In this document: piece by piece, positions 8,398 through 17,284 of the stretch | How the letters are laid out: every line of letters starts with the position of its first letter | Position numbering within the stretch: position 1 is the first letter of the stretch | Position numbers and translations under genes: made by a program | From: Acidimicrobiia bacterium | GTDB lineage: Bacteria > Actinomycetota > Acidimicrobiia > IMCC26256 > PALSA-610 | Reading direction: 5' to 3' | NCBI GenBank assembly: GCA_040513235.1 | Contig: JBEVDP010000157.1 | Location: forward strand, 1-27,399 | DNA: 27,399 nucleotides | Notes under the pieces: generated by a model | Told to the model about the DNA's origin: nothing | Database searches by the model: none | Seen by the model: the letters and a program-made list of their open reading frames with translations, nothing else

Positions 8398-8859
8398 ATG
8401 AACGCAGTTCCCTCCCACCGCCAATCCTCCTCCGCGCCGCTCACGGCTCCGCCGCGCGAGGAAACGACGCGTCCATCGCACCTGCGCGTCGCGCCCCGGC
8501 CGGCCGGGCGCCGGCGGGCCCGGGTCGCGGTGTGGGTCACCGCGCTCGTCACGGCGGTCGCTTTGTTCGCGCTCGTCGCATTCCACGTGCTCGCAGTCCA
8601 ACACGCGTTCGAGCTCGACCGGCTCGACGCACAGCGCAAGGCGGAGGAGCTGCGATACGAACGCTTGCGTTCCGAGGTCGCGACGCTTTCGGCACCGGAG
8701 TCGGTCGTCGACGCGGCCCGTGCGCTGGGCATGCTCCCGGCGAGCGATGTCGACTACATCGAGGCCGAAGCCGCCGCGCCGAGTGAAACGGCTCCCGACG
8801 CGACGTCCTCGACGCTCGTCGAGGTGTACGGGGAAGCGAAGCGCAGCCTTGACCCCTAG
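8398..8859 (+). CDS. ftsL: Cell division protein FtsL
   Basis: Position between rsmH and ftsI. Basic cytoplasmic N-terminus, one TM helix, coiled coil and LSAPESV..AARALGM motif. Start at ATG 8398 is tentative (no SD). Confidence 0.8.
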   Translation: MNAVPSHRQSSSAPLTAPPREETTRPSHLRVAPRPAGRRRARVAVWVTALVTAVALFALVAFHVLAVQHAFELDRLDAQRKAEELRYERLRSEVATLSAPESVVDAARALGMLPASDVDYIEAEAAAPSETAPDATSSTLVEVYGEAKRSLDP

Positions 8860-10915
8860 CGGAACGAAGTCTCCGGCCCGCGCGCGCGGGGCACCGGCAT
8901 CGCGCTCGCCTCAACCCGCGCGTCGCCGAACGCATGGGACTCCGCCGGCGGCTCGGCCGCCGGCGGTCTCGCGCGCGCGACCGCGACCGCTGCTCCGGCG
9001 CCGGCTGCGCGTCGCTCGCCCGGTGCGGCGACTCGGATTCTGCACGGTCGTCGTCGTGATCGTGTTCGGCGTACTCGCGGCACGCGTCGTGCAGCTGCAG
9101 GTGATGAGTGGCGATCGCTTCCGCGCGATGGCACTCGACCAACGGCTGCGCACGGTTCCGATCGCGGCCGCGCGCGGCAGCATCTTCGACCGCAACGGGC
9201 GCGACCTCGCGATGTCGATCGAGCGGTCGTCGGTGTACGCGGATCCCACCCTCGTCACCGATCCGGCGATGTACGCCGCGCAGCTCGCGCCGATCGTCGG
9301 CGGCGACGCCGCAATGCTGGAGACACGACTCTCCGACCGCGAACGCCGCTTCGTCTATGTCGCCCGCACGGTGACCGACGAGGTCGCGGACCAGATCCGA
9401 GCGCTCGGGCTCCCGGGCGTGTCGTTCGTGCCCGAGCCGCAACGCGAGTACCCGGCCGGCAGCGTCGCGGCGGCGGTCGTCGGCCGCGTCGGCGGCGAGG
9501 GCTACGGCCTCGATGGCCTCGAGGCGCTCTACGACGAACTGCTCACCGGGACTCCCGGCGAGTTCGTGGCCGAGCAGGACCAGCACGGGCGGGAGATCCC
9601 CGACACCGAACGGCGGCGCGTCCCTGCCGTCGCCGGCACCGACCTCGTGCTGACCCTCGACCAGGCCTTGCAGTACCAAGTCGAGCGGTCGCTCGTCGAT
9701 CAGGTCACCGCGACCGCCGCGCTCGGTGGCATGGCCGTGGTCGTCGACGTGCGCACCGGCGACGTCGTCGCGATGGCGACCGTGCAAGGTGCGACGGCGA
9801 CCGAACCGGTCCGGCCCGCCCGCTCGGGCGAGAACAACAAGCCGCTCACCGACCTGTTCGAGCCGGGCTCCACCAACAAGCTGATCACGGTCGCGACCGC
9901 GATCGAGAACGGCATCGTCGGTCCGCAAACGCCATTCGACGTTCCGACATATTTGCAGGTCGGCGACAAGACATACACCGACACGCATCGGGAGAACGCG
10001 ATGGAACGGTGGTCGACGACCGACATCCTGCGCGAGTCGTCGAACATCGGCACCATCATGATCGCCCAGCACGTCGGCAAGGAGAAGCTCGCGCAAGCAT
10101 TGCGCGATTTCGGCTTCGGTGAGCGGACCGCGATCGACTATCCCGGGCAGCCGAACGGCTTGCTGCTCGATCCGGCGGAGTACTACACCACCGGCCTCGC
10201 GTCGTCTGCGATTGGCTACGGCATCGCGGTGACGGCCATGCAGATGGTCGACGTGTACGCAACGATTGCCAACAACGGGATGACGGTGCCTCCGCGCTTG
10301 CTCGCGGGAACGATCGACGCCGACGGCGACCGCACCGAAGTCCCTTCCGAGCCGGGCAAGCAGGTGATCTCGGCCGAGACTGCGCAGACGATGACGACCA
10401 TGCTCACGCAAGTCGTGCGCGGCGGCACCGGCGCGTGTGCGGCCGTCGAGGGCTACACGGTGGCCGGCAAGACCGGGACGTCGCGCAAGCCCGCGCCGGG
10501 CGGTGGCTACTCCAGCTCGACGATGGCGTCGTTCGTCGGATTCGCGCCGGCCGAGGACCCCCGCTTCGCAGCGATCGTCGTGCTCGACGAGCCCGTCACC
10601 GAGTTCGGTGCTCGCGCCTCGGCGCCGGTGTTCTCCGAGATCGTGCGGGCCGCGCTCACGCAATACCGCGTGCCGCCGACCGATACCGACGACGACCGGC
10701 AGTTCGACGCCGCGCGGGCCAAGGCGGCCGAGGAGGCCAACGACTGCTCGGTCCCGCACGGCGACGCGCTCACGGAGTTCGTGGCAGAGCGGGATGCGGC
10801 CGCGGCTGCAGCGGCCGCAGCGACAAGCGCGGCGGATGCGGACGACGGAGGCTCGACCGAGGACGAAAGCGGCGAGCCCGATACCCTCGCCGCCGAAACG
10901 TCCGCTGAAGAGTAG
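8849..10915 (+). CDS. ftsI: Class B penicillin-binding protein FtsI/PBP3
   Basis: RGSIFDRNG, REYP, GLE, EPGSTNK (SxxK), SSN (SxN), KTG motifs. TTG start at 8849 overlapping the ftsL end is inferred. Confidence 0.92.
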   Translation: MTPSGTKSPARARGAPASRSPQPARRRTHGTPPAARPPAVSRARPRPLLRRRLRVARPVRRLGFCTVVVVIVFGVLAARVVQLQVMSGDRFRAMALDQRLRTVPIAAARGSIFDRNGRDLAMSIERSSVYADPTLVTDPAMYAAQLAPIVGGDAAMLETRLSDRERRFVYVARTVTDEVADQIRALGLPGVSFVPEPQREYPAGSVAAAVVGRVGGEGYGLDGLEALYDELLTGTPGEFVAEQDQHGREIPDTERRRVPAVAGTDLVLTLDQALQYQVERSLVDQVTATAALGGMAVVVDVRTGDVVAMATVQGATATEPVRPARSGENNKPLTDLFEPGSTNKLITVATAIENGIVGPQTPFDVPTYLQVGDKTYTDTHRENAMERWSTTDILRESSNIGTIMIAQHVGKEKLAQALRDFGFGERTAIDYPGQPNGLLLDPAEYYTTGLASSAIGYGIAVTAMQMVDVYATIANNGMTVPPRLLAGTIDADGDRTEVPSEPGKQVISAETAQTMTTMLTQVVRGGTGACAAVEGYTVAGKTGTSRKPAPGGGYSSSTMASFVGFAPAEDPRFAAIVVLDEPVTEFGARASAPVFSEIVRAALTQYRVPPTDTDDDRQFDAARAKAAEEANDCSVPHGDALTEFVAERDAAAAAAAAATSAADADDGGSTEDESGEPDTLAAETSAEE

Positions 10916-10923
10916 GAACCCAC

Positions 10924-12399
10924 GTGCGCATGCGCGACCTGCTCGACGGGCTCGACGTCGTTTCGGTGCGCGGAGATGTCGACGTCGATGTGCGGTCCGT
11001 CGTGCACGACAGCCGCGATGTCGCGCCGGGTGCATTGTTCGCGTGCATCCGGGGTGCCGTCACCGATGGCCACACGTACGCGGCTGCCGCGGCCGGCGCG
11101 GGCGCCGTCGGATTGCTCGTAGAGGAGCCGATGGCCGTCGACGTCGCGCAGGCTCGGGTCCCGTGGGTGCGCGGCGCGCTCGGTCCGGTCGCCGCTCGTT
11201 TCCACGATCATCCGTCTGCCGCGCTGCGGGTGCTCGGCGTGACCGGTACCAACGGTAAGACCACCACGACCTATCTCCTCGATGCGATCGCGCGCGCTGC
11301 CGGCGAGGTGACGGGCGTCATCGGGACGGTGGCAACGCGCGTTGGTGGTACTGAACGCCCTCCCGGGCGCACCACGCCGGAGGCCGACGACCTCCAGGCG
11401 TTGCTGGCCGAGATGCGCGCGGCGGCGGTGACAACCGTTGCGCTGGAGGTCTCGTCCCACGCGCTGGATCAGCACCGCGTCGACGGCACGCGTTTCGCCG
11501 CGGTCGGGTTCACGAACCTTTCGCAGGACCACCTCGACTACCACGGCACGATGGACGCGTACTTCGCGGCCAAGGCCCGCTTGTTCACGCCCGCGTTCAC
11601 TCCCGCCGCGGCCATTTCGATCGACGACCCGCGTGGCCGCGCGCTTGTCGCGCCGGCGGCGGAGGCCGGCCTCGACGTCTGGACGGTGTCGGTGCACGAC
11701 GAGACCGCCGCACTGCATGCGACGGCGATCGAACTCGCGCCCGAGCACACTCGTCTCACGGTCGAGTTCCGTCGCGACGACGCCCGCGTCGCGCTCGAAT
11801 CCTCGCTCGTTGGCGCGTTCAACGTGGCGAACGCGCTCACCGCGGCCGCGATCGCTCGCGCCGGCGGGTTCTCGGTCGAGGAGATCGCGGCCGGACTGCA
11901 GGCGCCGCTCGTCGTCCCGGGTCGATTCGAGCGTGTCGACGCCGGCCAAGACTTCACGGTCCTCGTCGACTATGCGCACACCCCGGATGCACTCGAGCGC
12001 GCCCTCGTTGCCGCTCGCGAGCTCGTGTCACGAAACGGGCGGCTCGCAGTCGTATACGGCTGTGGTGGCGACCGCGACCGGGCCAAGCGACCCCTGATGG
12101 GTGCCATCGCGGCCGCGCATGCGGATACGGCCTACCTGACGTCCGACAACCCGCGCTCGGAGGATCCGGCCGCGATCGCAGCCGCGGTGCTGGCGGGCGT
12201 CCCCGCCGACCGCGCGCCTGTCGTCGAACTCGACCGGCGCGCCGCGATCAGGGCGGCCGTCGCGGCCGCTCGCGCCGGTGATGTGATCGTGATCGCGGGC
12301 AAGGGTCATGAGCCCGGCCAGACGGCGGCGGGTGTCACGGTTCCGTTCGACGACCGCACGGTCGCCCGCGAAGCGCTGGAGGGTGAGCGATGCGGCTGA
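10924..12399 (+). CDS. murE: UDP-MurNAc-Ala-Glu--meso-DAP ligase MurE
   Basis: GVTGTNGKTTT, TTPEA, MEVSSH-like LEVSSHALDQ, TNLSQDHLDYH, VDYAHTPDAL, GCGGDRD..KRP, TSDNPRSE (DNPR = meso-DAP-type specificity), AGKGHE. Start GTG 10924 or ATG 10930. Confidence 0.97.
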   Translation: MRMRDLLDGLDVVSVRGDVDVDVRSVVHDSRDVAPGALFACIRGAVTDGHTYAAAAAGAGAVGLLVEEPMAVDVAQARVPWVRGALGPVAARFHDHPSAALRVLGVTGTNGKTTTTYLLDAIARAAGEVTGVIGTVATRVGGTERPPGRTTPEADDLQALLAEMRAAAVTTVALEVSSHALDQHRVDGTRFAAVGFTNLSQDHLDYHGTMDAYFAAKARLFTPAFTPAAAISIDDPRGRALVAPAAEAGLDVWTVSVHDETAALHATAIELAPEHTRLTVEFRRDDARVALESSLVGAFNVANALTAAAIARAGGFSVEEIAAGLQAPLVVPGRFERVDAGQDFTVLVDYAHTPDALERALVAARELVSRNGRLAVVYGCGGDRDRAKRPLMGAIAAAHADTAYLTSDNPRSEDPAAIAAAVLAGVPADRAPVVELDRRAAIRAAVAAARAGDVIVIAGKGHEPGQTAAGVTVPFDDRTVAREALEGERCG

Positions 12400-13757
12400 C
12401 CGCGGCCGAAGTCGCACGGCGCGCGGACGGCGAGGTCGTCGCCGGCGCGCCCGACGCCGTCATCACGTCGTGGACGTTCGACTCGCGCGCCGTCGAACCC
12501 GGAGCGTGTTTCGTCGCGCTCATGGGCGATCGAGACGGTCACGACTTCGTCGCCGACGCCTTCCGTGCCGGCGCGCGCGTCGCGCTGGTCGAGCGGCCGC
12601 TGCGCGATGTCGACGTGGGCGAAGGACACGCGCTCGTGCTCACCACCGACGTCGTGCGCGGACTGCAAGCCGTCGCCCGGTCGGTACGGCACGAACGGCG
12701 CGACGTGCGGGTCGTCGGCGTTGCGGGCTCGACCGGGAAGACTTCGACCAAGGACCTCCTCGCGGCGACGCTTCGACCTCATCGAGTGCATGCGAGCCCG
12801 GAGTCGTACAACAACGAATTCGGGCTCCCGATCACGCTGCTGAACGCGCCGCGCCCGGCCTCTGCGGTCGTGGCCGAGATGGGCGAGCGCTTCCCAGGCG
12901 ACATCGCAGCCTTGTGCGACATCGCGAAGCCCGACTTCGGCATCATCACCAACGTCGGACTCGCCCACGCCGAATACCTCGGCGGTGAGGAAGGCGCGGC
13001 CGCGGTGCTCGCAGAGCTGCTCGAGGCGCTGCCGCGGCGGGGCCTGGCCGTGCTGAACGCCGACGACCGGTGGACGCCGTGGCTTGCAGAGCGCACCGAA
13101 GCCCGCGTCGTAACAGTGGGCTTCTCCGACGCCGCCGATCACCGCATCACCGACGTAGAACTCGACCGGTCGCTGTTCCCGACGTTCTCGATGGGTGTGT
13201 GGCAATTCCAGGTGCCGATCCGAGGTGCCCACCAAGTTGCGAACGCGGCCATGGCGGCGGTGCTCGCCAATCACGCGTTCGGCATGATGTGGGACGACGT
13301 CGCGTTCTGGTTGCGCCACGCCCGCGCGTCTCGGTGGCGCATGGAACTCACGAAGACCGAGTCGGGTATCACAGTCCTCAACGACGCATACAACGCCAAC
13401 CCCGCGTCGATGGAAGCGGCGTTGCGCGCGCTCGCGGAGCTCGACGTCGAAGGGCGCCGCATCGCGGTGCTCGGCGACATGCGCGAGCTCGGAGACCGCG
13501 GACCGGAGGCCCACGCCGCGATCGGCGACCTGGCGCGCGAGCTGCGCATCGACGTCGTCGTCGGTGTCGGGACGGGCGGCGCGGAGATTGGGCGCCGCGC
13601 CGGCTCCGACGCGTTCACCGCGGGCGACGCCGCCGCCGCAATCGCAATGGTCGACGGCCTCGTGCAGCCCGGCGACGCCGTGCTCGTGAAGGCGAGCCGC
13701 GCGCTCGGGCTCCAGGTCGTGGCCGAGCACCTCACCGATGCGAGCGTCGACCGTTGA
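12390..13757 (+). CDS. murF: UDP-MurNAc-tripeptide--D-Ala-D-Ala ligase MurF
   Basis: FDSR, GSTGKTSTKD, YNNEFGLP, EMG, TNVGLAH, NDAYNANPASM, LGDMRELG, VKASR. GGAGGG SD. Confidence 0.97.
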   Translation: MRLTAAEVARRADGEVVAGAPDAVITSWTFDSRAVEPGACFVALMGDRDGHDFVADAFRAGARVALVERPLRDVDVGEGHALVLTTDVVRGLQAVARSVRHERRDVRVVGVAGSTGKTSTKDLLAATLRPHRVHASPESYNNEFGLPITLLNAPRPASAVVAEMGERFPGDIAALCDIAKPDFGIITNVGLAHAEYLGGEEGAAAVLAELLEALPRRGLAVLNADDRWTPWLAERTEARVVTVGFSDAADHRITDVELDRSLFPTFSMGVWQFQVPIRGAHQVANAAMAAVLANHAFGMMWDDVAFWLRHARASRWRMELTKTESGITVLNDAYNANPASMEAALRALAELDVEGRRIAVLGDMRELGDRGPEAHAAIGDLARELRIDVVVGVGTGGAEIGRRAGSDAFTAGDAAAAIAMVDGLVQPGDAVLVKASRALGLQVVAEHLTDASVDR

Positions 13758-14797
13758 TCGCGATGCTCATGGCCGCCGCGGCGGCCTTCGGGGTCGTCGT
13801 GTTCGGTACCCCGTTCCTCATCAACGGGCTGCGGCGCCGCGAGATGGGCCAGCAGATCCGCGACGACGGCCCGATCGAACACCCGCACGTACACAAGGCG
13901 GGCACCCCGACGATGGGCGGTCTCGCGATCATCGCCGCGACCGGTGTCGGGTATCTCTTCGCGCACCTCCGCCGCGGCGAGATCGCGTTCGCGACCGCGG
14001 GCTGGACGTTGTTGGGCTTGATCGTCGGCCTCGGCATCGTCGGCTTCATCGACGACTACCTCGGGATCCGCAAACGCAGAAACCTCGGCCTGCGCAAGCG
14101 CGGCAAGACGATCGGAATCGTCGGGATCGCACTTGTCTTCGGCGTGCTCTCGATCGAGTGGGTGAAGGTTCCGACGACGCTCTCGTTCACGCGGCCGCTC
14201 GACGTCGACCTCGGGTCAGCCGGCTTCATCGTGTGGACGATCCTGATCGTCTATGCGGCCGCAAACGCCGTGAACCTCACCGATGGTGTCGACGGCCTCG
14301 CGGCCGGATCGTCGGCGCTGACCTTCTCGGCATTCGTCGTCATCTGCTTCACCGAGTTCCGCCATCCCGAGATCTACCCGGGGCGCACCGCGGCGCAGTC
14401 GCTCGACCTCGCGATCATCGCGGCCGCGATGTTGGGTGCCTGCGCCGGCTTTCTCTGGTGGAACGCGGCCCCGGCCAAGATCATCATGGGCGACACGGGT
14501 TCGCTCGCGATCGGCGGCGCAATGGCCGGCCTCGCGCTGTTGAGCCGGACGTCGTTGCTGTTGCCGATCCTCGCGGGCCTGCCGTTGATCGAGACGTTGT
14601 CCGTGATCGCGCAAGTGATCTCGTACCGCGGCTTCCGCAGGCGCGTGCTGAGGATGGCGCCCATCCACCATCACTTCGAGGTGGGAGGCTGGTCGGAATT
14701 CACGGTGATCGTGCGGTTCTGGCTGTTCTCCGCGATCTGTGTCGCGGCCGGCATCGCCATTTTCTATGCCGACTTCCTGCGGTTCGGTCTCGAGTGA
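13754..14797 (+). CDS. mraY: Phospho-N-acetylmuramoyl-pentapeptide transferase MraY
   Basis: KAGTPTMGG, GFIDDY, NAVNLTDGVDGLA, MGDTGS, MAPIHHHFE. TTG start overlapping the murF stop (TTGA). Confidence 0.97.
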   Translation: MIAMLMAAAAAFGVVVFGTPFLINGLRRREMGQQIRDDGPIEHPHVHKAGTPTMGGLAIIAATGVGYLFAHLRRGEIAFATAGWTLLGLIVGLGIVGFIDDYLGIRKRRNLGLRKRGKTIGIVGIALVFGVLSIEWVKVPTTLSFTRPLDVDLGSAGFIVWTILIVYAAANAVNLTDGVDGLAAGSSALTFSAFVVICFTEFRHPEIYPGRTAAQSLDLAIIAAAMLGACAGFLWWNAAPAKIIMGDTGSLAIGGAMAGLALLSRTSLLLPILAGLPLIETLSVIAQVISYRGFRRRVLRMAPIHHHFEVGGWSEFTVIVRFWLFSAICVAAGIAIFYADFLRFGLE

Positions 14798-14934
14798 TGC
14801 GCGCGCCGTCGAACACGACCGAACGCCGTGTCCGGCGGGTGGGCCCGGAGCGCGCAACCATGCGCCACTGCGTAGCAATTGTCGGCGAGCATGGTGCCGT
14901 GCGCGCAGCCGGCGAGATGGACCGAACGCGATGA
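14797..14934 (+). other. 45-codon mini-ORF occupying the murD slot (possible murD relic or translational coupler)
   Basis: ATG 14797 overlaps the mraY TGA (in-frame GTG at 14794 too), and its TGA 14932-14934 overlaps the ftsW ATG 14931. Encodes MRAPSNTTERRVRRVGPERATMRHCVAIVGEHGAVRAAGEMDRTR. No Mur-ligase motif. Confidence 0.4.
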
Positions 14935-16199
14935 CCGCGGTTACGCCGCGCATCGGCACACGCTTCAGCGTGCCACGCCTCGGCCGCCAGCTCGCGGAAA
15001 AGACGCGCGCCCGCACTGCGACGACCTTGCCCCGCCCGCCCGCGTACGTCGTGGTGTGCGCGACAGTGACGGTGCTGAACGTCGTCGGTCTCGTCATGAT
15101 CCTGTCGGCGTCCTCGGTCGCGGCGCTGAGCAACTACGGCTCGTCGTGGTACTTCTTCAACCGGCAGCTCGCGTGGGCGCTCGTCGGCGCAGTCGCGTTC
15201 ATCATCGCCGCGCGCGTCGACTACCACGCCTGGCGCAAGCTCGCGCCCTGGCTCCTCGGTATCTCGGTCGCGCTCTTGGTCGCCGTGCTCCTGCCGGGTA
15301 TCGGGATCATGGTCGACGGCTCGCGGCGTTGGCTCGGATACGGCCCGATGCGCATGCAGCCGAGCGAGTTGGCCAAGGTCGCGTTGCTGGTCTTCGGTGC
15401 CGACCTGCTCACTCGGCGCGCCGAACAACTCCACGCCAACTGGCGTGCGTGGCGGCCGGTGTTGCTCGTCTTCGGCGCGTTGTCGTTCCTCGTGATCCTC
15501 GAGCCCGACCTCGATTCGACGATCGTGTTCGCACTGATCGCCGGCTCGCTCCTGCTCGTTGCCGGCGCGCGGGTCAAGCATTTGTCGGTGCTCGGTGGCT
15601 CGATGGTCGCAGTCGCGGCGGTACTCGCCGTTGCCGCGCCCTATCGCCGCGCGCGCGTGTTCGCATTCCTCGACCCGTGGTCCGATACGTCGAACACCGG
15701 TTACCAGATCGCGCAGTCCCTCATCGCGCTCGGTTCCGGCGGCGTCGACGGCGTCGGCCTCGGCGCGGGCCGGGCCAAGTGGTTGTTCCTGCCCAACGCG
15801 CACACCGATTTCATCTTCGCGATCATCGGCGAGGAGCTGGGCCTGATCGGGTGCCTGCTCGTCCTCGGGCTGTTCGCGGGATTCGGGCTCGTCGGGTATC
15901 AGGTCGCCCGCTCGGCGCCCGACCGCTTCGGCATGCTGCTCGCGGCTGGTATCACCACGTGGGTCATCGGGCAGGCCGCGATCAACCTCGGCGGCGTTGT
16001 CGGCCTCCTCCCAGTGTCGGGCATCACCCTGCCGTTCCTCTCCGCGGGGGGATCGTCGCTCGTGTTCACGATGGCCGCCGCCGGGATGCTCGCCAACGTC
16101 GCGCGCCAGGCCGCGGTGCCGCGTCAGGCCCGAACGGCGCGCGCGTCCACACCACGCCCGGTCTCTGAGCGCCCCGTGGGGCGCCGTCCGGACCGGTGA
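14931..16199 (+). CDS. ftsW: SEDS peptidoglycan glycosyltransferase FtsW
   Basis: VMILSAS, RRW...QPSELAK, GYQIAQSLIALGSGG, LPNAHTDFIFAIIGEELG, GITLPFLSAGGSS. Confidence 0.95.
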   Translation: MTAVTPRIGTRFSVPRLGRQLAEKTRARTATTLPRPPAYVVVCATVTVLNVVGLVMILSASSVAALSNYGSSWYFFNRQLAWALVGAVAFIIAARVDYHAWRKLAPWLLGISVALLVAVLLPGIGIMVDGSRRWLGYGPMRMQPSELAKVALLVFGADLLTRRAEQLHANWRAWRPVLLVFGALSFLVILEPDLDSTIVFALIAGSLLLVAGARVKHLSVLGGSMVAVAAVLAVAAPYRRARVFAFLDPWSDTSNTGYQIAQSLIALGSGGVDGVGLGAGRAKWLFLPNAHTDFIFAIIGEELGLIGCLLVLGLFAGFGLVGYQVARSAPDRFGMLLAAGITTWVIGQAAINLGGVVGLLPVSGITLPFLSAGGSSLVFTMAAAGMLANVARQAAVPRQARTARASTPRPVSERPVGRRPDR

Positions 16200-17284
16200 G
16201 CGAAGGGGTGTTCGCGCTGCTGGCCGGAGGCGGCACGGGCGGTCACGTGTATCCCGCCTTGTCGCTGGCCGAGGAGTTGGTCGCGCGTGGGCACGCACGC
16301 CCGTCGATCCGATTCGTCGGCGGCCGGCGCGGACCCGAGGGCCGCGTGGTGCCGGATGCTGGATTCGGCATCGACCTGTTGCCGGGCCGCGGCCTCCAGC
16401 GCCGGCTCACGTTGGAGAACGTCGGTGTCGTGTGGCAGACGTTCACCGCCTTCGTCCGGGCGCTCGGCATCGTGCGCCGCACGCGCCCGCGCGTCGTCGT
16501 CGGCTTCGGTGGCTACGCGTCGCTTCCGTGCATCGTCGCCGCGTGGGTCTGGCGCATTCCCCGAGTCGTCCACGAACAAGACGCAGTCATCGGGCTCGCG
16601 AATCGCATCGGCGTCCGACTGGGTGCGCGGGTCGCGAGCTCGTTGCCGGGGATCGAAGTTCCCGGCGCGGTGCTCACCGGCAACCCGATCCGGTCCGAGT
16701 TCCGTGACCTGGAGCGCACGCCGCAATCCCCGCCGCTGGTCGCGGCGTTCGGGGGTGCGCTCGGCGCCGGAACGGTGAACGCGGCGGTGCTCGACCTGTA
16801 CGACCGCTGGCGCGACCGGACCGATGTTGCCGTTCACCTCGTGAGCGGCCCGCGGAATGCGGAAGCGGCGCGAGCCGCGCTCGCGTCGCAGCAGCGCGCA
16901 GGCGATGCGCTGGCATTCGAGCTCGTCGACTACGAAGAGCACATGCCTGCCCTGATGTCGCGTGCAACCGTTGCGGTGTGTCGAGCCGGGGCGGGAACCG
17001 TGGCCGAACTGAGCGCGGCCGGACTTCCGGCGGTGCTCGTGCCGCTCGCCGGCGCGCCGAGCGATCATCAGGCGCGGAACGCCGCGACGCTGGCTGAAGC
17101 AGGAGCCGCCGTCGTCGTCCCCGACGCCGAGTGCGACGGCGCGCGCCTCGACGCGGTGCTCGCAGGATTGCTCTCCGACCCGGCCCGGCTCGACCGAATG
17201 GCTGCTGCCGCGCGCGGGCTCAGCCGCCCCGATGCCGCGGCCCGTCTCGCGGATCTCGTCGAGGAGCGCGACCGTGACCGGTGA
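16196..17284 (+). CDS. murG: Lipid I N-acetylglucosaminyltransferase MurG
   Basis: AGGGTGGHVYPA, FGGYAS, HEQ, GNPIR, RAGAGTVAE, HQARNA. GTGA overlap with ftsW. Confidence 0.96.
   Translation: MSEGVFALLAGGGTGGHVYPALSLAEELVARGHARPSIRFVGGRRGPEGRVVPDAGFGIDLLPGRGLQRRLTLENVGVVWQTFTAFVRALGIVRRTRPRVVVGFGGYASLPCIVAAWVWRIPRVVHEQDAVIGLANRIGVRLGARVASSLPGIEVPGAVLTGNPIRSEFRDLERTPQSPPLVAAFGGALGAGTVNAAVLDLYDRWRDRTDVAVHLVSGPRNAEAARAALASQQRAGDALAFELVDYEEHMPALMSRATVAVCRAGAGTVAELSAAGLPAVLVPLAGAPSDHQARNAATLAEAGAAVVVPDAECDGARLDAVLAGLLSDPARLDRMAAAARGLSRPDAAARLADLVEERDRDR

Noticed and set aside
8549-11035. 828-aa minus-strand ORF, and similar long antisense or alternate-frame ORFs (1234-3459, 3456-4652, 7191-8732, 16124-17866, 20569-22131, 24741-26435)
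   Set aside because: Shadow ORFs of well-supported genes. Long stop-free frames are expected at this GC content and codon bias, and they contain no recognisable motifs.
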